A stretch of DNA of 64,000 nt from contig CBDFJF010000002.1 of the NCBI GenBank assembly GCA_965248265.1, forward strand, positions 320,001-384,000. The letters are read 5' to 3'. The translations under genes and the position numbers were made by a program. The notes beneath the pieces are model-generated. The model ran no database searches. It was not told where the DNA came from and worked only from the letters and a program-made list of their open reading frames with translations. Positions within the stretch are counted from its first letter, which is position 1; each line of letters begins with the position of its first letter. Below, piece after piece: positions 39,398 through 49,013 of this stretch. The stretch comes from Candidatus Latescibacterota bacterium (lineage in GTDB: Bacteria > Latescibacterota > UBA2968 > UBA8231).

Positions 39398-40771
39398 CTA
39401 CGTCGAGCCCAGTAGAGCCTCCGCCTCGGCGCCAAGTAGCGCGGCCTCTTCGGCTGTCGCGCTTTCCGCGATAATTCGCACAACAGGTTCGGTGTTGGAG
39501 GCCCGCAGGTGTACCCACGGACACTCCAGTTGCCCGCTGAGATACAACTTCACGCCATCCTGAACGGGGTGGACGTAGGCCTGTGGATGTTGCTGCCGCA
39601 GGGCTACAACGCCAGCCTCGAGCTGGGCGGTCGTGCACCCGCTCACCTTGCGTTTGTCTATGGCGTAACGCGGTAATCGGTCAACCAGGGCACTGAGCGA
39701 CTGATTGCCGGCAGCCAAGCGCTGCAATACCAGGGCGATCCCAAGTCCAGCGTCGCGCCCGGGGACGATATCGGTCAGAATGACGCCGCCGTTTCCCTCC
39801 CCACCAACCGCGGCAGCCGTCTTCATCATCTCTTCAACGACGTGGACTTCCCCCACCGGAGTCAGAATGACGCGACGGCCGGCTTGCTCTGCTGCATCAG
39901 ACACGAGCTGGGACGTCGATAGGGTCGTGACCACGGGCCCGGGTCGCTCCTGCGCGGAGATGGCCTGAATCGCAAGGGCCAGGGTGTAATCCTCGCCGAT
40001 GGCAAGGCCATTCTCGCCAACCAGAGCGACTCGGTCCGCATCGGGATCGACGGCGAATCCGATCGCCGCGCCAGCATCGCGCACGGCATCCCCGAGTTGC
40101 ACCAGGTTTTCGGGAATTGGCTCCGGCTCGTGGGCGAATAAGCCATCCGGTTCGCCGTTGATGATGGTGGCTGTGACGCCGAGGCGGTCGAAAAGTCTCT
40201 GCAGGAACAGGGCCCCGGAGCCGTTGCAGGGATCGGCGGCCACCCGCAAGCAAGCGTCACGGATACGGTCCGCGTCGACGGCCGACAGGATGCGATCCAG
40301 GTAACGGTCCTCCACCTCGTCCCGGGTGATGTGCTCGATCCGCCCTCCGGAGCGCTGTACCATGTCGCCAGCGCGATAGGTGCTCTCTACCTGCGTTCCC
40401 TGCGTCTGATTGAGGAAGACACCATCGGCGCGGATCAGTTTGAGACCGTTCCACGGGGCGGGGTTGTGACTGGCGGTCAGGATGATACCGGCTTCTGCTC
40501 CCAGCTCCACCACCATTATTTTTGCAGCCGGGGTCGAGCACATTCCAAGGTCCATGATGACGCAACCCGTCGACGTCAAGCCATCGGCAGCTGCCTGGGC
40601 AAGCTCTTCGCCTGAGGGACGGGTGTCTCGCGCCAGTACGACGCGAGCTCCTGGAGACAGGAGGCCACCGTAGGCGGCGGCAAAGCGCCTGACGACATCG
40701 GCAGTCAGGGATCGTCCCACCAGACCGCGAATGCCGGAAATGCTGATGATCAGGGGGGCGTCAGACGTCAG
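39398..40771 (-). CDS. Phosphoglucosamine/phosphomannomutase family
   Basis: ISISGIRG, TASHNP, DPDADR, GGEGNGG, RASNTEP; conserved N-terminus needs a start upstream of the track start. Confidence 0.9.
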   Translation of the reverse strand: MTSDAPLIISISGIRGLVGRSLTADVVRRFAAAYGGLLSPGARVVLARDTRPSGEELAQAAADGLTSTGCVIMDLGMCSTPAAKIMVVELGAEAGIILTASHNPAPWNGLKLIRADGVFLNQTQGTQVESTYRAGDMVQRSGGRIEHITRDEVEDRYLDRILSAVDADRIRDACLRVAADPCNGSGALFLQRLFDRLGVTATIINGEPDGLFAHEPEPIPENLVQLGDAVRDAGAAIGFAVDPDADRVALVGENGLAIGEDYTLALAIQAISAQERPGPVVTTLSTSQLVSDAAEQAGRRVILTPVGEVHVVEEMMKTAAAVGGEGNGGVILTDIVPGRDAGLGIALVLQRLAAGNQSLSALVDRLPRYAIDKRKVSGCTTAQLEAGVVALRQQHPQAYVHPVQDGVKLYLSGQLECPWVHLRASNTEPVVRIIAESATAEEAALLGAEAEALLGST

Positions 40772-40776
40772 GATCC

Positions 40777-41289
40777 CTATCCCTCGGTATCGTCCTCGGG
40801 CGGTGGTTCATCGTCAGGCGAGGTGCCGGTGCCCGGATCGGGCTCCGGCTCGTTGACTCCTTCGAGCAGACTCAGATTGATCATGATGATGGTGGTGTCA
40901 CCGGCGACGATGCTGATGTTGCGACGCTCGCCTTCAAGGATCAGGACTCCGTCGTGATCGTAGCCCTCGATGGTCAGCGTGCGCCCCGTTCCAGGAGACA
41001 CTGCACCCATCGTCAGGGTGGCCGGCCCCACAGGTGAGTGGTCCAGCTGCTTCACGATCGAGGTCATTCCCGGTCCCGAGAGGACGGCTACCAGGCTGTC
41101 GACGACGCTGACGAGCGGCTTGGGCAGGGGGATCACCAGGCTCAGGGTGTTGCCGCTCGAGTGTTCAGGTGCGGAGCCACCCGGATCGGCCGGATTGTTG
41201 CGCTCGAGTGAGCCACACGCAGCGATTACGACTACCGCAAGGGCTGCGAACGCGGGTGAGCCAAGGGTGAACTTGCGATGCGTATTCAT
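40777..41289 (-). CDS. Hypothetical lipoprotein
   Basis: VVVIAAC lipobox, beta-rich domain, acidic/Pro tail. Confidence 0.7.
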   Translation of the reverse strand: MNTHRKFTLGSPAFAALAVVVIAACGSLERNNPADPGGSAPEHSSGNTLSLVIPLPKPLVSVVDSLVAVLSGPGMTSIVKQLDHSPVGPATLTMGAVSPGTGRTLTIEGYDHDGVLILEGERRNISIVAGDTTIIMINLSLLEGVNEPEPDPGTGTSPDDEPPPEDDTEG

Positions 41290-41378
41290 GACACCGTCAA
41301 ATGTACGTCCGCGAACACGCTGAACCAAAGGTCTCATTCATGGGCCAGGGCTGCGCCGAGCGTTTCTTGACCCGCAAA

Positions 41379-42710
41379 ATGGTTCCCAGTATCGTACCTA
41401 CCGTGAAAACCGTCGCGTTGTTAGCTCTGACCACTCTGGTCGCTTCGTGTACTTACCCTTTCCTATTCGGTAAATCCGACGTCCTTTCCGGTCCCAATGC
41501 CCTTTCGGCCGTGTTCGACAGCGCTACAGCCAGCGCTCGTCTTCGTTGGCAGAGACCGGCGGTCAAGGATTTTCGACGCTACAGGGTAGAGCGCTCCAAC
41601 GGCAAGGGATTCGAGCCGGTGGCCGAGGTTTTCCATTTAGCGGATACCTCCCACGTCGACGATGGACTGCTCTCCAATGAAGTCTATCGATACCGGGTGG
41701 TGACGGTATTCGGCGGTGGCTCCAAGAGCAGTGAAGTGGACAACTACGATTCGCTGTTGAGTGTGGAGGTCGCTGGCGGCATCCACCGCTTCGTCAATGC
41801 GTGGCCGGTAGCCGAAGGATTTCTGCCCACTCGCATGGCCCTCAACAGCGAAGGCGTTCTGCATGTGGTCGGCGCCGGTGCCAGCTGGGTTGAGCGTTTT
41901 GACCGCGGCGGCAATTCGATGGGGCGTTGGCAGTACGCCGCGGCGGAGAACGCCTGCCTCGAGACCGGCACGCTGGATGGTCCGGGTGTGGCTTTCGACA
42001 CCGACGACAATCTTTACGTGCTCTATAACTCCAGGCGTCCAGGCCAGTCGCCGCAAGCCAGATGGTCAAAATTCGACGTGCATGGCAATCAACTTTGGAC
42101 GGCGGACCTCAACGGGGTCTTCGCCCGTCACATCGCCATCCACAAAAGCGAGATCTTCATAGAGAGTATCAGCCACCTCAAGCAGTTCGACACTTCGGGT
42201 GAGTCAGTCGCCGATTATCGGGTGCCAGCCCTGCTGGTATCCAGTCTCAGGTTCTGGCATGGGAACTTCGCGGCTCTGGTAGAGCCTCTCAACTTCGCTC
42301 TGGTGGGTTGGCAGTCGCCACGACTGGTCATCTACAGCGGCGCCACCCGGGAACAGGTCGAGGCCGCCATCGGCCGGGATCCAATGACGGAGGAGGATCG
42401 CGGAGCCGGATTGCTCAATCGGCCGAGCGATTTTGCCATCGATGAGAGCACGGATAGAGCTTTCGTCGTCAACGCCGGCCGTGGCCGTATCGAAGTGTTC
42501 CGCGACGGGAAATACCTGACACGCTGGGGGAAACGGACCGATGGGTCGGAGAGTTTCAACTTCACCGGTTCGCTGCCGGTGATCGACGACATGTCGGAGG
42601 GCAGTCTGCGCGAGAAGGAAGTGGTGGCCGGTGGTATTGCTCGCGATGCCGACGGCTATATCTACGTCGCCGACACCTTCAACAACCGCATCCACAAATA
42701 CCTGCCGTGA
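41379..42710 (+). CDS. Lipoprotein with FN3-like domain and NHL repeats
   Basis: LVASC; LRW...YRVERS...YRYRV; GGIARDADGYIYVADTFNNRIHK. Confidence 0.78.
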   Translation: MVPSIVPTVKTVALLALTTLVASCTYPFLFGKSDVLSGPNALSAVFDSATASARLRWQRPAVKDFRRYRVERSNGKGFEPVAEVFHLADTSHVDDGLLSNEVYRYRVVTVFGGGSKSSEVDNYDSLLSVEVAGGIHRFVNAWPVAEGFLPTRMALNSEGVLHVVGAGASWVERFDRGGNSMGRWQYAAAENACLETGTLDGPGVAFDTDDNLYVLYNSRRPGQSPQARWSKFDVHGNQLWTADLNGVFARHIAIHKSEIFIESISHLKQFDTSGESVADYRVPALLVSSLRFWHGNFAALVEPLNFALVGWQSPRLVIYSGATREQVEAAIGRDPMTEEDRGAGLLNRPSDFAIDESTDRAFVVNAGRGRIEVFRDGKYLTRWGKRTDGSESFNFTGSLPVIDDMSEGSLREKEVVAGGIARDADGYIYVADTFNNRIHKYLP

Positions 42711-43639
42711 CGCGCCTGGAGATTGCATCAGGTTCTCTGATCGCGCTGGTCATTTGCGCCAGCGCTGGTGAGGGTAAGGAGGGCTACAACCTCTGGACGA
42801 AGGAGCGCGTCCGGTACCTGCTCGAGCGCACCAAGCGCGAGCCTGAGAATGCCGGTCTTCATGTTATGATCAGCAAGGCCTACTTCGAAGACAGCCAACC
42901 CCGCAAAGCCGAGAAGCATCTGCGCCTGGCACTGGAGATGGAGCCGAGTTTCGCCGAAGCGCACTGCAATCTCGCCGTGATGTTGCACGCCCAACGCCGG
43001 CTCAGCGGTGCTCGACAACAATACGAGGCGGCCCTGATGTCCGATTCGACCATGGTCGAGGCCATGGCCGGGCTCGGCACGCTGCTGTGCAGCACGAACC
43101 GCCCGGGGTTGGGCATCCAGCACCTCGAGCGCGTGTTGGTCCTTGACCCCTCCCGACTCAAAGCGCGCTACAACCTGGCAGTTGCCTACCATCAGGTCGG
43201 GGATTTCGAAAAAGCGATCGAGCACCTGCGCTCACTGCTGGCGGAGCAACCCGGCTATCCCGGTGGTCGCCACGCCCTCGCGCAAGCCCATTTCAGTCGT
43301 GGTCTCATACTACTGGGCGCCAAAAAACCAGAGGAATCACTCGAGTTCTTCGAGAAGGCACTGGAAGGTGGAAATGACGACGACTTTTTTTTTGCCACGG
43401 GTATCGCCCACTTGAAAATGGGCGAAATGCAGCAAGCAGAGCAAGCCTTCTCTTCGGCGATCGAACTGAACGAGGAGCACCTACCGGCGTTGCACAATCT
43501 GGCTACCGTTTTCGAACTCACGGACCGAACCGCCAAGGCCCGGTACTACTACGATCGCGTGCGGGTACTAGCGCCGCACATAGACAGCATCGAAGCAGCC
43601 CGTGCCGCGATCTACGACGAAGCCTACCTGATGGAGTAA
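42707..43639 (+). CDS. TPR repeat protein
   Basis: AEAHCNLA, ARYNLA, ALHNLA repeats; signal peptide. Confidence 0.85.
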   Translation: MTRLEIASGSLIALVICASAGEGKEGYNLWTKERVRYLLERTKREPENAGLHVMISKAYFEDSQPRKAEKHLRLALEMEPSFAEAHCNLAVMLHAQRRLSGARQQYEAALMSDSTMVEAMAGLGTLLCSTNRPGLGIQHLERVLVLDPSRLKARYNLAVAYHQVGDFEKAIEHLRSLLAEQPGYPGGRHALAQAHFSRGLILLGAKKPEESLEFFEKALEGGNDDDFFFATGIAHLKMGEMQQAEQAFSSAIELNEEHLPALHNLATVFELTDRTAKARYYYDRVRVLAPHIDSIEAARAAIYDEAYLME

Positions 43640-43653
43640 CCCGTTGGGAAGCT

Positions 43654-43682
43654 TTGACTTTTGCAGGTCCAATGCGTAACCT
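43654..43682 (+). promoter_or_regulatory. Sigma70 promoter of infA-lysS
   Basis: TTGACT-N17-TAACCT. Confidence 0.55.
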
Positions 43683-43848
43683 TTACCCGTTCATTATGAG
43701 ATTATAGGGGGACAAACGAACACATGTTTTAGCAGGTGCTGACGTTTTGAAGGCGTCGACGGCGAGCGGTTCCCTTGGGAGGATCTCATGCGGATATACG
43801 CTCGCTTTTTTTGTGCAATTTTCCAGGTACGAGGTATCGAAGGAGCGT

Positions 43849-44064
43849 ATGGCAAAAGAAGAAGCGATAGAAGTCCAGGCGGTGGTGCGGGAAGCACTGC
43901 CCAACGGCTTCTTCAAGGTCGAGATGGAGAACGGTCACGAGATTCTGGCACACATCTCCGGCAAGATGCGCAAGCACTACATCCGCGTTCTTCCAGGCGA
44001 TCAAGTCACTGTCGCCCTGTCTCCCTACGACCTTACTCGCGGTCGCATAACCTTCCGAAACTAG
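43849..44064 (+). CDS. infA: Translation initiation factor IF-1
   Basis: MAKEEAIEV...LAHISGKMR...[10 protein letters not shown]; RBS AGGAG. Confidence 0.97.
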   Translation: MAKEEAIEVQAVVREALPNGFFKVEMENGHEILAHISGKMRKHYIRVLPGDQVTVALSPYDLTRGRITFRN

Positions 44065-44070
44065 CCGAGC

Positions 44071-45657
44071 ATGTCCGTGGGGGAGTCCGGCGCGGCGGGT
44101 GAATACAAGGCCTGGCCCTTCCAGGAAGCGCGCCAGATAGTACAGCGACGACCATCTGTGCAAGACCGAATCGCTCTGTTCGAGACGGGCTTCGGTCCCA
44201 GCGGTCTGCCCCACATCGGCACCTTCGCCGAGGTGGCTCGTACCTCCTGGGTGCGCCACGCATTTTCCCACCTTTACGACGTTCCCAGCCGACTCGTCGC
44301 TTTCAGCGACGATATGGATGGCTTGCGCAAAGTCCCCATCGATCTGCCCGAGGGCGACATGCTCGCCAGCCACCTGGGGAAACCTCTGCACGCGATACCC
44401 GACCCATTCGGTTGCTGTGAGAGTTACAGCGGTCATATGAACCAGAAGCTGCGTGATTTTCTCGACGCCTACGGTTTCGACTACGAGTTCCAAAGCTCGA
44501 GCGAGGCCTACGGACGTGGGGATTTTGACGACGGCTTGACCATCCTGTTGCAGAAAGTGGAGGAAGTCCGGGCGGTCATTCTGCCCACCCTCGGAGAGGA
44601 CAAGCGCGCCGACTGGTCGCCGTTCTTCCCGGTGTGCCCACAATGTGGTTCGGTGTACGCGACCAGGGTTACCGGCTACCGGCCCGAGAGCAACGCGATC
44701 GACTTCGCATGCGATCAAGACATGGGCAACTACGCCGGGTGTGGTGCAGGGGGTGAGCTGTCCGTGCATGGCGGCCATGTCAAGGTCGGCTGGAAGGTCG
44801 ACTGGGCGTTGCGTTGGTACACCTACGACGTGGACTACGAGATGTACGGTAAGGACCTGATCGATTCGGCCAGATTGTCGTCGCGTCTTGTCCGCATCAT
44901 GGGCAAGCAACCTCCGGTCGGTCTTACCTATGAATTGTTCCTGGACGATGAGGGACGCAAGATATCCAAGAGTGTGGGCAAGGGCTTGAAGGTCGACACC
45001 TGGGTCCAGTACGCACCGATTGAATCACTGTTGTATTACCTGTACCAAAATCCCAAGCGGGCAAAGCGTTTGTTCTGGGATGTCGTTCCACGATGTGTAG
45101 ACGATTATCTCGATGAGCTGAGGCGCTACAGCGAGGTCGTCGAAGACGAGCGACCGGATATCGCGATCTGGCACATCTACAACCGGGGTGAAGCTGTGCC
45201 CGAGTACGGGGCCACGGTGAACTTTTCCGTGGTCAACAACCTCATTTCGGCGCTCGGGACCGACTCGTCCGAATTACTGCTGGAGTACTTGCAGCGCTAT
45301 GATCAGAGCACAGCCGACCACGCTGATGTCGTTACCGATCTTGTCGATAAGGCGCTCAATTACTACCGCGATCAGATTCTGCCGACGAAGGAATTTCGGT
45401 CCCCCAGTGACGACGAGCGCGCTCTCCTCAACCAGGTCAGAGAGCGTCTGGCGCAGTGCGAAAACGGCAACGAAGAAGAACTGCAGGGAATACCGTTCTC
45501 GGTCGCCCGGGATGCAGGCATCGAGCCAAAGGAATTATTCCAGACGATCTATCAGGTGCTGCTGGGTCAGGAGCGCGGTCCGCGCTTTGGCTCCTTCGTC
45601 AACATGCTGGGCAAGACGCGCATGCTGCAAATGCTGGATGAGAAAGCGGCGGGCTAA
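44071..45657 (+). CDS. lysS: Lysine--tRNA ligase, class I
   Basis: ETGFGPSGLPHIGTF, DDMDGLRKVP, WKVDW, KISKS, GPRFG. Confidence 0.95.
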   Translation: MSVGESGAAGEYKAWPFQEARQIVQRRPSVQDRIALFETGFGPSGLPHIGTFAEVARTSWVRHAFSHLYDVPSRLVAFSDDMDGLRKVPIDLPEGDMLASHLGKPLHAIPDPFGCCESYSGHMNQKLRDFLDAYGFDYEFQSSSEAYGRGDFDDGLTILLQKVEEVRAVILPTLGEDKRADWSPFFPVCPQCGSVYATRVTGYRPESNAIDFACDQDMGNYAGCGAGGELSVHGGHVKVGWKVDWALRWYTYDVDYEMYGKDLIDSARLSSRLVRIMGKQPPVGLTYELFLDDEGRKISKSVGKGLKVDTWVQYAPIESLLYYLYQNPKRAKRLFWDVVPRCVDDYLDELRRYSEVVEDERPDIAIWHIYNRGEAVPEYGATVNFSVVNNLISALGTDSSELLLEYLQRYDQSTADHADVVTDLVDKALNYYRDQILPTKEFRSPSDDERALLNQVRERLAQCENGNEEELQGIPFSVARDAGIEPKELFQTIYQVLLGQERGPRFGSFVNMLGKTRMLQMLDEKAAG

Positions 45658-45677
45658 AGCGTCCACAGGCCAGGTCG

Positions 45678-46004
45678 TTAATAGGGTAGTTGCAGCGGCG
45701 ACGAGGACTCCGGGTCGGACCGGTAGAGGAGGATGCTTCGGCCCAGTACCTGTATCAGGTGCGATTTCGATCCCACCGCAAGCTCTGCCGCTGCTTCCTT
45801 GCGACCCAACGGACAACTGCGTTCGATCTTCAGCTTGATGAGTTCGTTGCTGCGGTAGGCCTCCTCAACCGAGTGCAGTACCTGCGAGGAGATTCCCTCT
45901 TTACCCACATTGACGACAGGGCGCAGGCTGTGGCCCAGGCCGCGAAGGTGACGACGCTGCTTGCCCGAGAGTTCGGTTTCCGCCAGCGCCGGTTCTTCAC
46001 TCAC
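45678..46004 (-). CDS. yhbY: YhbY/CRM-domain RNA-binding protein
   Basis: LSGKQRRHLRGLGHSLRPVVNVGKEG, ELIKLK. Confidence 0.92.
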   Translation of the reverse strand: MSEEPALAETELSGKQRRHLRGLGHSLRPVVNVGKEGISSQVLHSVEEAYRSNELIKLKIERSCPLGRKEAAAELAVGSKSHLIQVLGRSILLYRSDPESSSPLQLPY

Positions 46005-46402
46005 CGTTCCACCTCGAATTCAGCCTGAACCGCGCCAGATCGCTGCTGGGGTCTGACCCGCCGTTTTACCTGTGATTTGATCAAGGCCCGGGTACCCGGA
46101 ATCAAGGCCGCAAAGCCGATGACGTCGGTGATCAATCCGGGGGTGAGCAACAACAGGCCCCCGCCAAGCACCAGCACTCCGTCGAAAATTTCCTCGCCAG
46201 GGAAGCGCCCTGCCGCCAACTCGCTCTGAAGGCGCTGCCAGGCCTGAATACCCTGACTGCGCGCCAGAAACGCACCGACAGCGCCCGTGGCCAGCACCAC
46301 GGCGATCGTCGTCGGCACCCCGATATGCGAGCCGAGGCGAATCAACAGCGCCAATTCGACCAGTGGCACCAGAGCAAACAGCAGAAAGAGGCGGAAGAGC
46401 AT
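46001..46402 (-). CDS. fxsA: FxsA family membrane protein
   Basis: VPLVELALLI, LLLTPGLITD. Confidence 0.9.
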   Translation of the reverse strand: MLFRLFLLFALVPLVELALLIRLGSHIGVPTTIAVVLATGAVGAFLARSQGIQAWQRLQSELAAGRFPGEEIFDGVLVLGGGLLLLTPGLITDVIGFAALIPGTRALIKSQVKRRVRPQQRSGAVQAEFEVER

Positions 46403-46504
46403 GACGAGAATATACAGGGCGCAGCAATGACTAGAAAGCCTCGCGCTCGCCGCACCGGTTTCGATACAGGTTTGATACAATGATGGAACACGATTTGCGC
46501 CCTC

Positions 46505-48988
46505 GTGTACATGCCACACTCACTCCGACGACGCAGGCGCCCGGCGCTGTGGACGGCGCTGGCGCTGGGGCTCGGCATCGTTCTGTCGAGTCTGTTGGAG
46601 CCGTCCACCACCGCCACGGCCCTTGTTGGCGCAACCAGCACGGGGCTCGCCGTGTTGTGCTCGATCATGCATTGTCGCGGCCTGGCCGCCTCCATCTTCG
46701 TACTCATCGCAATCAACTGCGCCGGCGGCCTGCGTTACCAGGTGGCCACACAACTGTTTCCTCCCGAACACATAAGCCGACTCGATCTGGATAACCGCGA
46801 GGGGATCGTGTGGGGCGTGATTGAGGAGGAGCCGGTACTCCGGGACGGGAAGACGCGATTCGTGCTGCGGACTGAGGCGGTTCAGTTCGATGATGGGGGT
46901 GATGCGGGTCGCGCCTACGCGGGTCGCGGGTACGCGGATCGCGGGTACGCGGGTCGTGGTCCGATGGAAGGTCTGGTGTTGGTTACCGTGAAGGAGATCA
47001 GCTTTGCTGGCACCTACGGCGATCGGGTGGCGTTGCGCGGCCGCCTGCGGCATCCGCCAGTGGCGCGCAACCCGGGGGCCTTCGATTACCGTCAGTTCCT
47101 GATGCAAAAGGGGATCCACGCGACGCTGACCGTGCGCAAGACGGAGCAAGTAGTCTCCCTTGAGGCACGGGATGGGGCTTGGATGACGGAGAACGTTATC
47201 CTGCCATTGCGCCATAGCATCCGTGGCGCCTTCCAGGCTCATCTCAGTGGCGCTCCGCTTGGGTTGTTGCAGGGTATTCTGCTCGGCGACAAGCACAGCA
47301 TACCGGAGGAAGTGGCCGGGCGATTTCGCCACACCGGCCTGGCGCATGCCCTCGTCATCAGCGGCCTCCATGTGGGGCTGGTCACCGTGTTCTTTTTCAC
47401 CGCGTTCAAGCTGTGCAGGCTGCCCGATCGCGCCGCCTGCGTCGCCACCGTCAGCGTATTGATTCTGTACGCGTTCGTAACTGATCTGCAGGCTCCTGTG
47501 GTACGTGCGTCGATGATGGCCACCGTTGTGCTGCTGGGCCGAGCCATGGAGCGCGACGGCGAGATTTACAACTCGCTCGGTGTTGCGGCGTTGATGATCC
47601 TGCTTGTCTGGCCCCAGTCCATCTTCAGTTTGAGCTTTCAACTCTCTTTCGGTGCGACCCTGTCCATCGTCGCCCTGCACGGGCCGCTGATCGAGTTTTT
47701 TCCGGCACGATGGAGACGAGAGGGTCACTGGGCCGGCAAGTGGATCATCTCCCCGCTCTGCGTCTCGGTGGCGGCCCAAATCGGCACTGGACCGCTCATT
47801 GCCTACCACTTTCAGCAATTTGCTATCATTTCGCTGGTCGCGAATCTGTGCGCGGTACCGCTCCTGGCGTTGGTGGTGAGTCTGGGGATACTGGCCGGCC
47901 TGTGCGGCAGTCTCGCACCGGTGCTGGCCCTGCCGTTCAATGCCTGCAACTACCTCGTGATCACTGGTCTCATCCACATCGTGGACGGCTTTGCAGCCAT
48001 CCCCTATGCCTCGGTACAAACACCCAGACCGGATCCGTGGTTTCTCGCACTGTGTGCCGCAGCCGTCCTGCTGGCCGCGCACAGCCGGCAGAGCCCGGTT
48101 GCATTGAAAGGGCTCGTGTTCATGGTGCTGATCGCCACGAACGTGGTTACCTGGCGTCACGTGCTTGGCGAGAGGCCATTCGAGATCGTCTTTCTGGACA
48201 TCGGTCAGGGTGACGGCGCTCTGCTGCAATTCCCCAACGGCAAGACGATGCTGATCGACGCCGGTGATCGCAGCCCGTACTTCGATTACGGCGAGCGGGT
48301 TGTCCTGCCCTACCTGCGCCGGCGCGGTATTCGCCGAGTGGATGTGGTCGTGGCTTCCCACGCCCACAACGACCACATCGGCGGCCTTGCATCAGTGCTC
48401 GAACAGGTGGAGGAGGTCGGCCACTACGTAGACGGCGGTCAGCTGGCGGAATCCCAGGGGGCACGCAATCTGCGCAATTTGGTGGAAGGCCGCGGGGTGC
48501 GCTACCACCGTGTGTCATCCGGCGACAGTCTGGTCGGTCTGGGAGGCGTCGGAGCGCTGGTTCTACACCCCTCAACAGCGTTCGTTGACTCGGACGGGCG
48601 TTCACTCTCGGGACTCAACAATGGATCCGTCGTCGTCCGCTTCGATTACCAGGGCAAACGGGTGTTGTTCACCGGCGACGCGGAATGGGAGACGGACGAA
48701 TCGATCCTGGCCTGGGGAGAGCGCTTGCGCAGCGATCTGCTGAAGGTCGCCCACCACGGCTCCCGGACCTCATCGACTCCCGCCTTCGTGAGCGGGGTGG
48801 ATGCGGACATCGCCATCGTTTCTGTCGGAGAGTTCAACAGGTTCGGTCACCCGGCGGCAGAGGTCATGGCGCTGTATCGTCAGCGAGGGACCAGGGTTTA
48901 CCGTACGGACCGTTGCGGTGCCGTTCTCGTGACCATGGCCGGTGGTGAGCACTCGGTCGAAACCGTGATTGACGAAGGATGCTGGTGA
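46505..48988 (+). CDS. comEC: DNA internalization competence protein ComEC/Rec2
   Basis: RNPGAFDY, HALVISGLHV, SFQLSF, DIGQGD, SHAHNDHIGG, HHGS, FGHP. Confidence 0.95.
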   Translation: MYMPHSLRRRRRPALWTALALGLGIVLSSLLEPSTTATALVGATSTGLAVLCSIMHCRGLAASIFVLIAINCAGGLRYQVATQLFPPEHISRLDLDNREGIVWGVIEEEPVLRDGKTRFVLRTEAVQFDDGGDAGRAYAGRGYADRGYAGRGPMEGLVLVTVKEISFAGTYGDRVALRGRLRHPPVARNPGAFDYRQFLMQKGIHATLTVRKTEQVVSLEARDGAWMTENVILPLRHSIRGAFQAHLSGAPLGLLQGILLGDKHSIPEEVAGRFRHTGLAHALVISGLHVGLVTVFFFTAFKLCRLPDRAACVATVSVLILYAFVTDLQAPVVRASMMATVVLLGRAMERDGEIYNSLGVAALMILLVWPQSIFSLSFQLSFGATLSIVALHGPLIEFFPARWRREGHWAGKWIISPLCVSVAAQIGTGPLIAYHFQQFAIISLVANLCAVPLLALVVSLGILAGLCGSLAPVLALPFNACNYLVITGLIHIVDGFAAIPYASVQTPRPDPWFLALCAAAVLLAAHSRQSPVALKGLVFMVLIATNVVTWRHVLGERPFEIVFLDIGQGDGALLQFPNGKTMLIDAGDRSPYFDYGERVVLPYLRRRGIRRVDVVVASHAHNDHIGGLASVLEQVEEVGHYVDGGQLAESQGARNLRNLVEGRGVRYHRVSSGDSLVGLGGVGALVLHPSTAFVDSDGRSLSGLNNGSVVVRFDYQGKRVLFTGDAEWETDESILAWGERLRSDLLKVAHHGSRTSSTPAFVSGVDADIAIVSVGEFNRFGHPAAEVMALYRQRGTRVYRTDRCGAVLVTMAGGEHSVETVIDEGCW
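46904..46960. repeat. 15-bp tandem repeat inside comEC
   Basis: GCGG(G/A)TCGCGGGTAC, about 3.8 copies, encoding AGRAY-AGRGY-ADRGY-AGRG. Confidence 0.85.
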
Positions 48989-49013
48989 TCGAGGGCACGG
49001 GTCGGCTCACTCC

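Noticed and set aside
46520-48376. 618-aa antisense ORF, and similar long shadow ORFs elsewhere
   Set aside because: Lies opposite comEC; long antisense frames are expected at high GC and show no motifs
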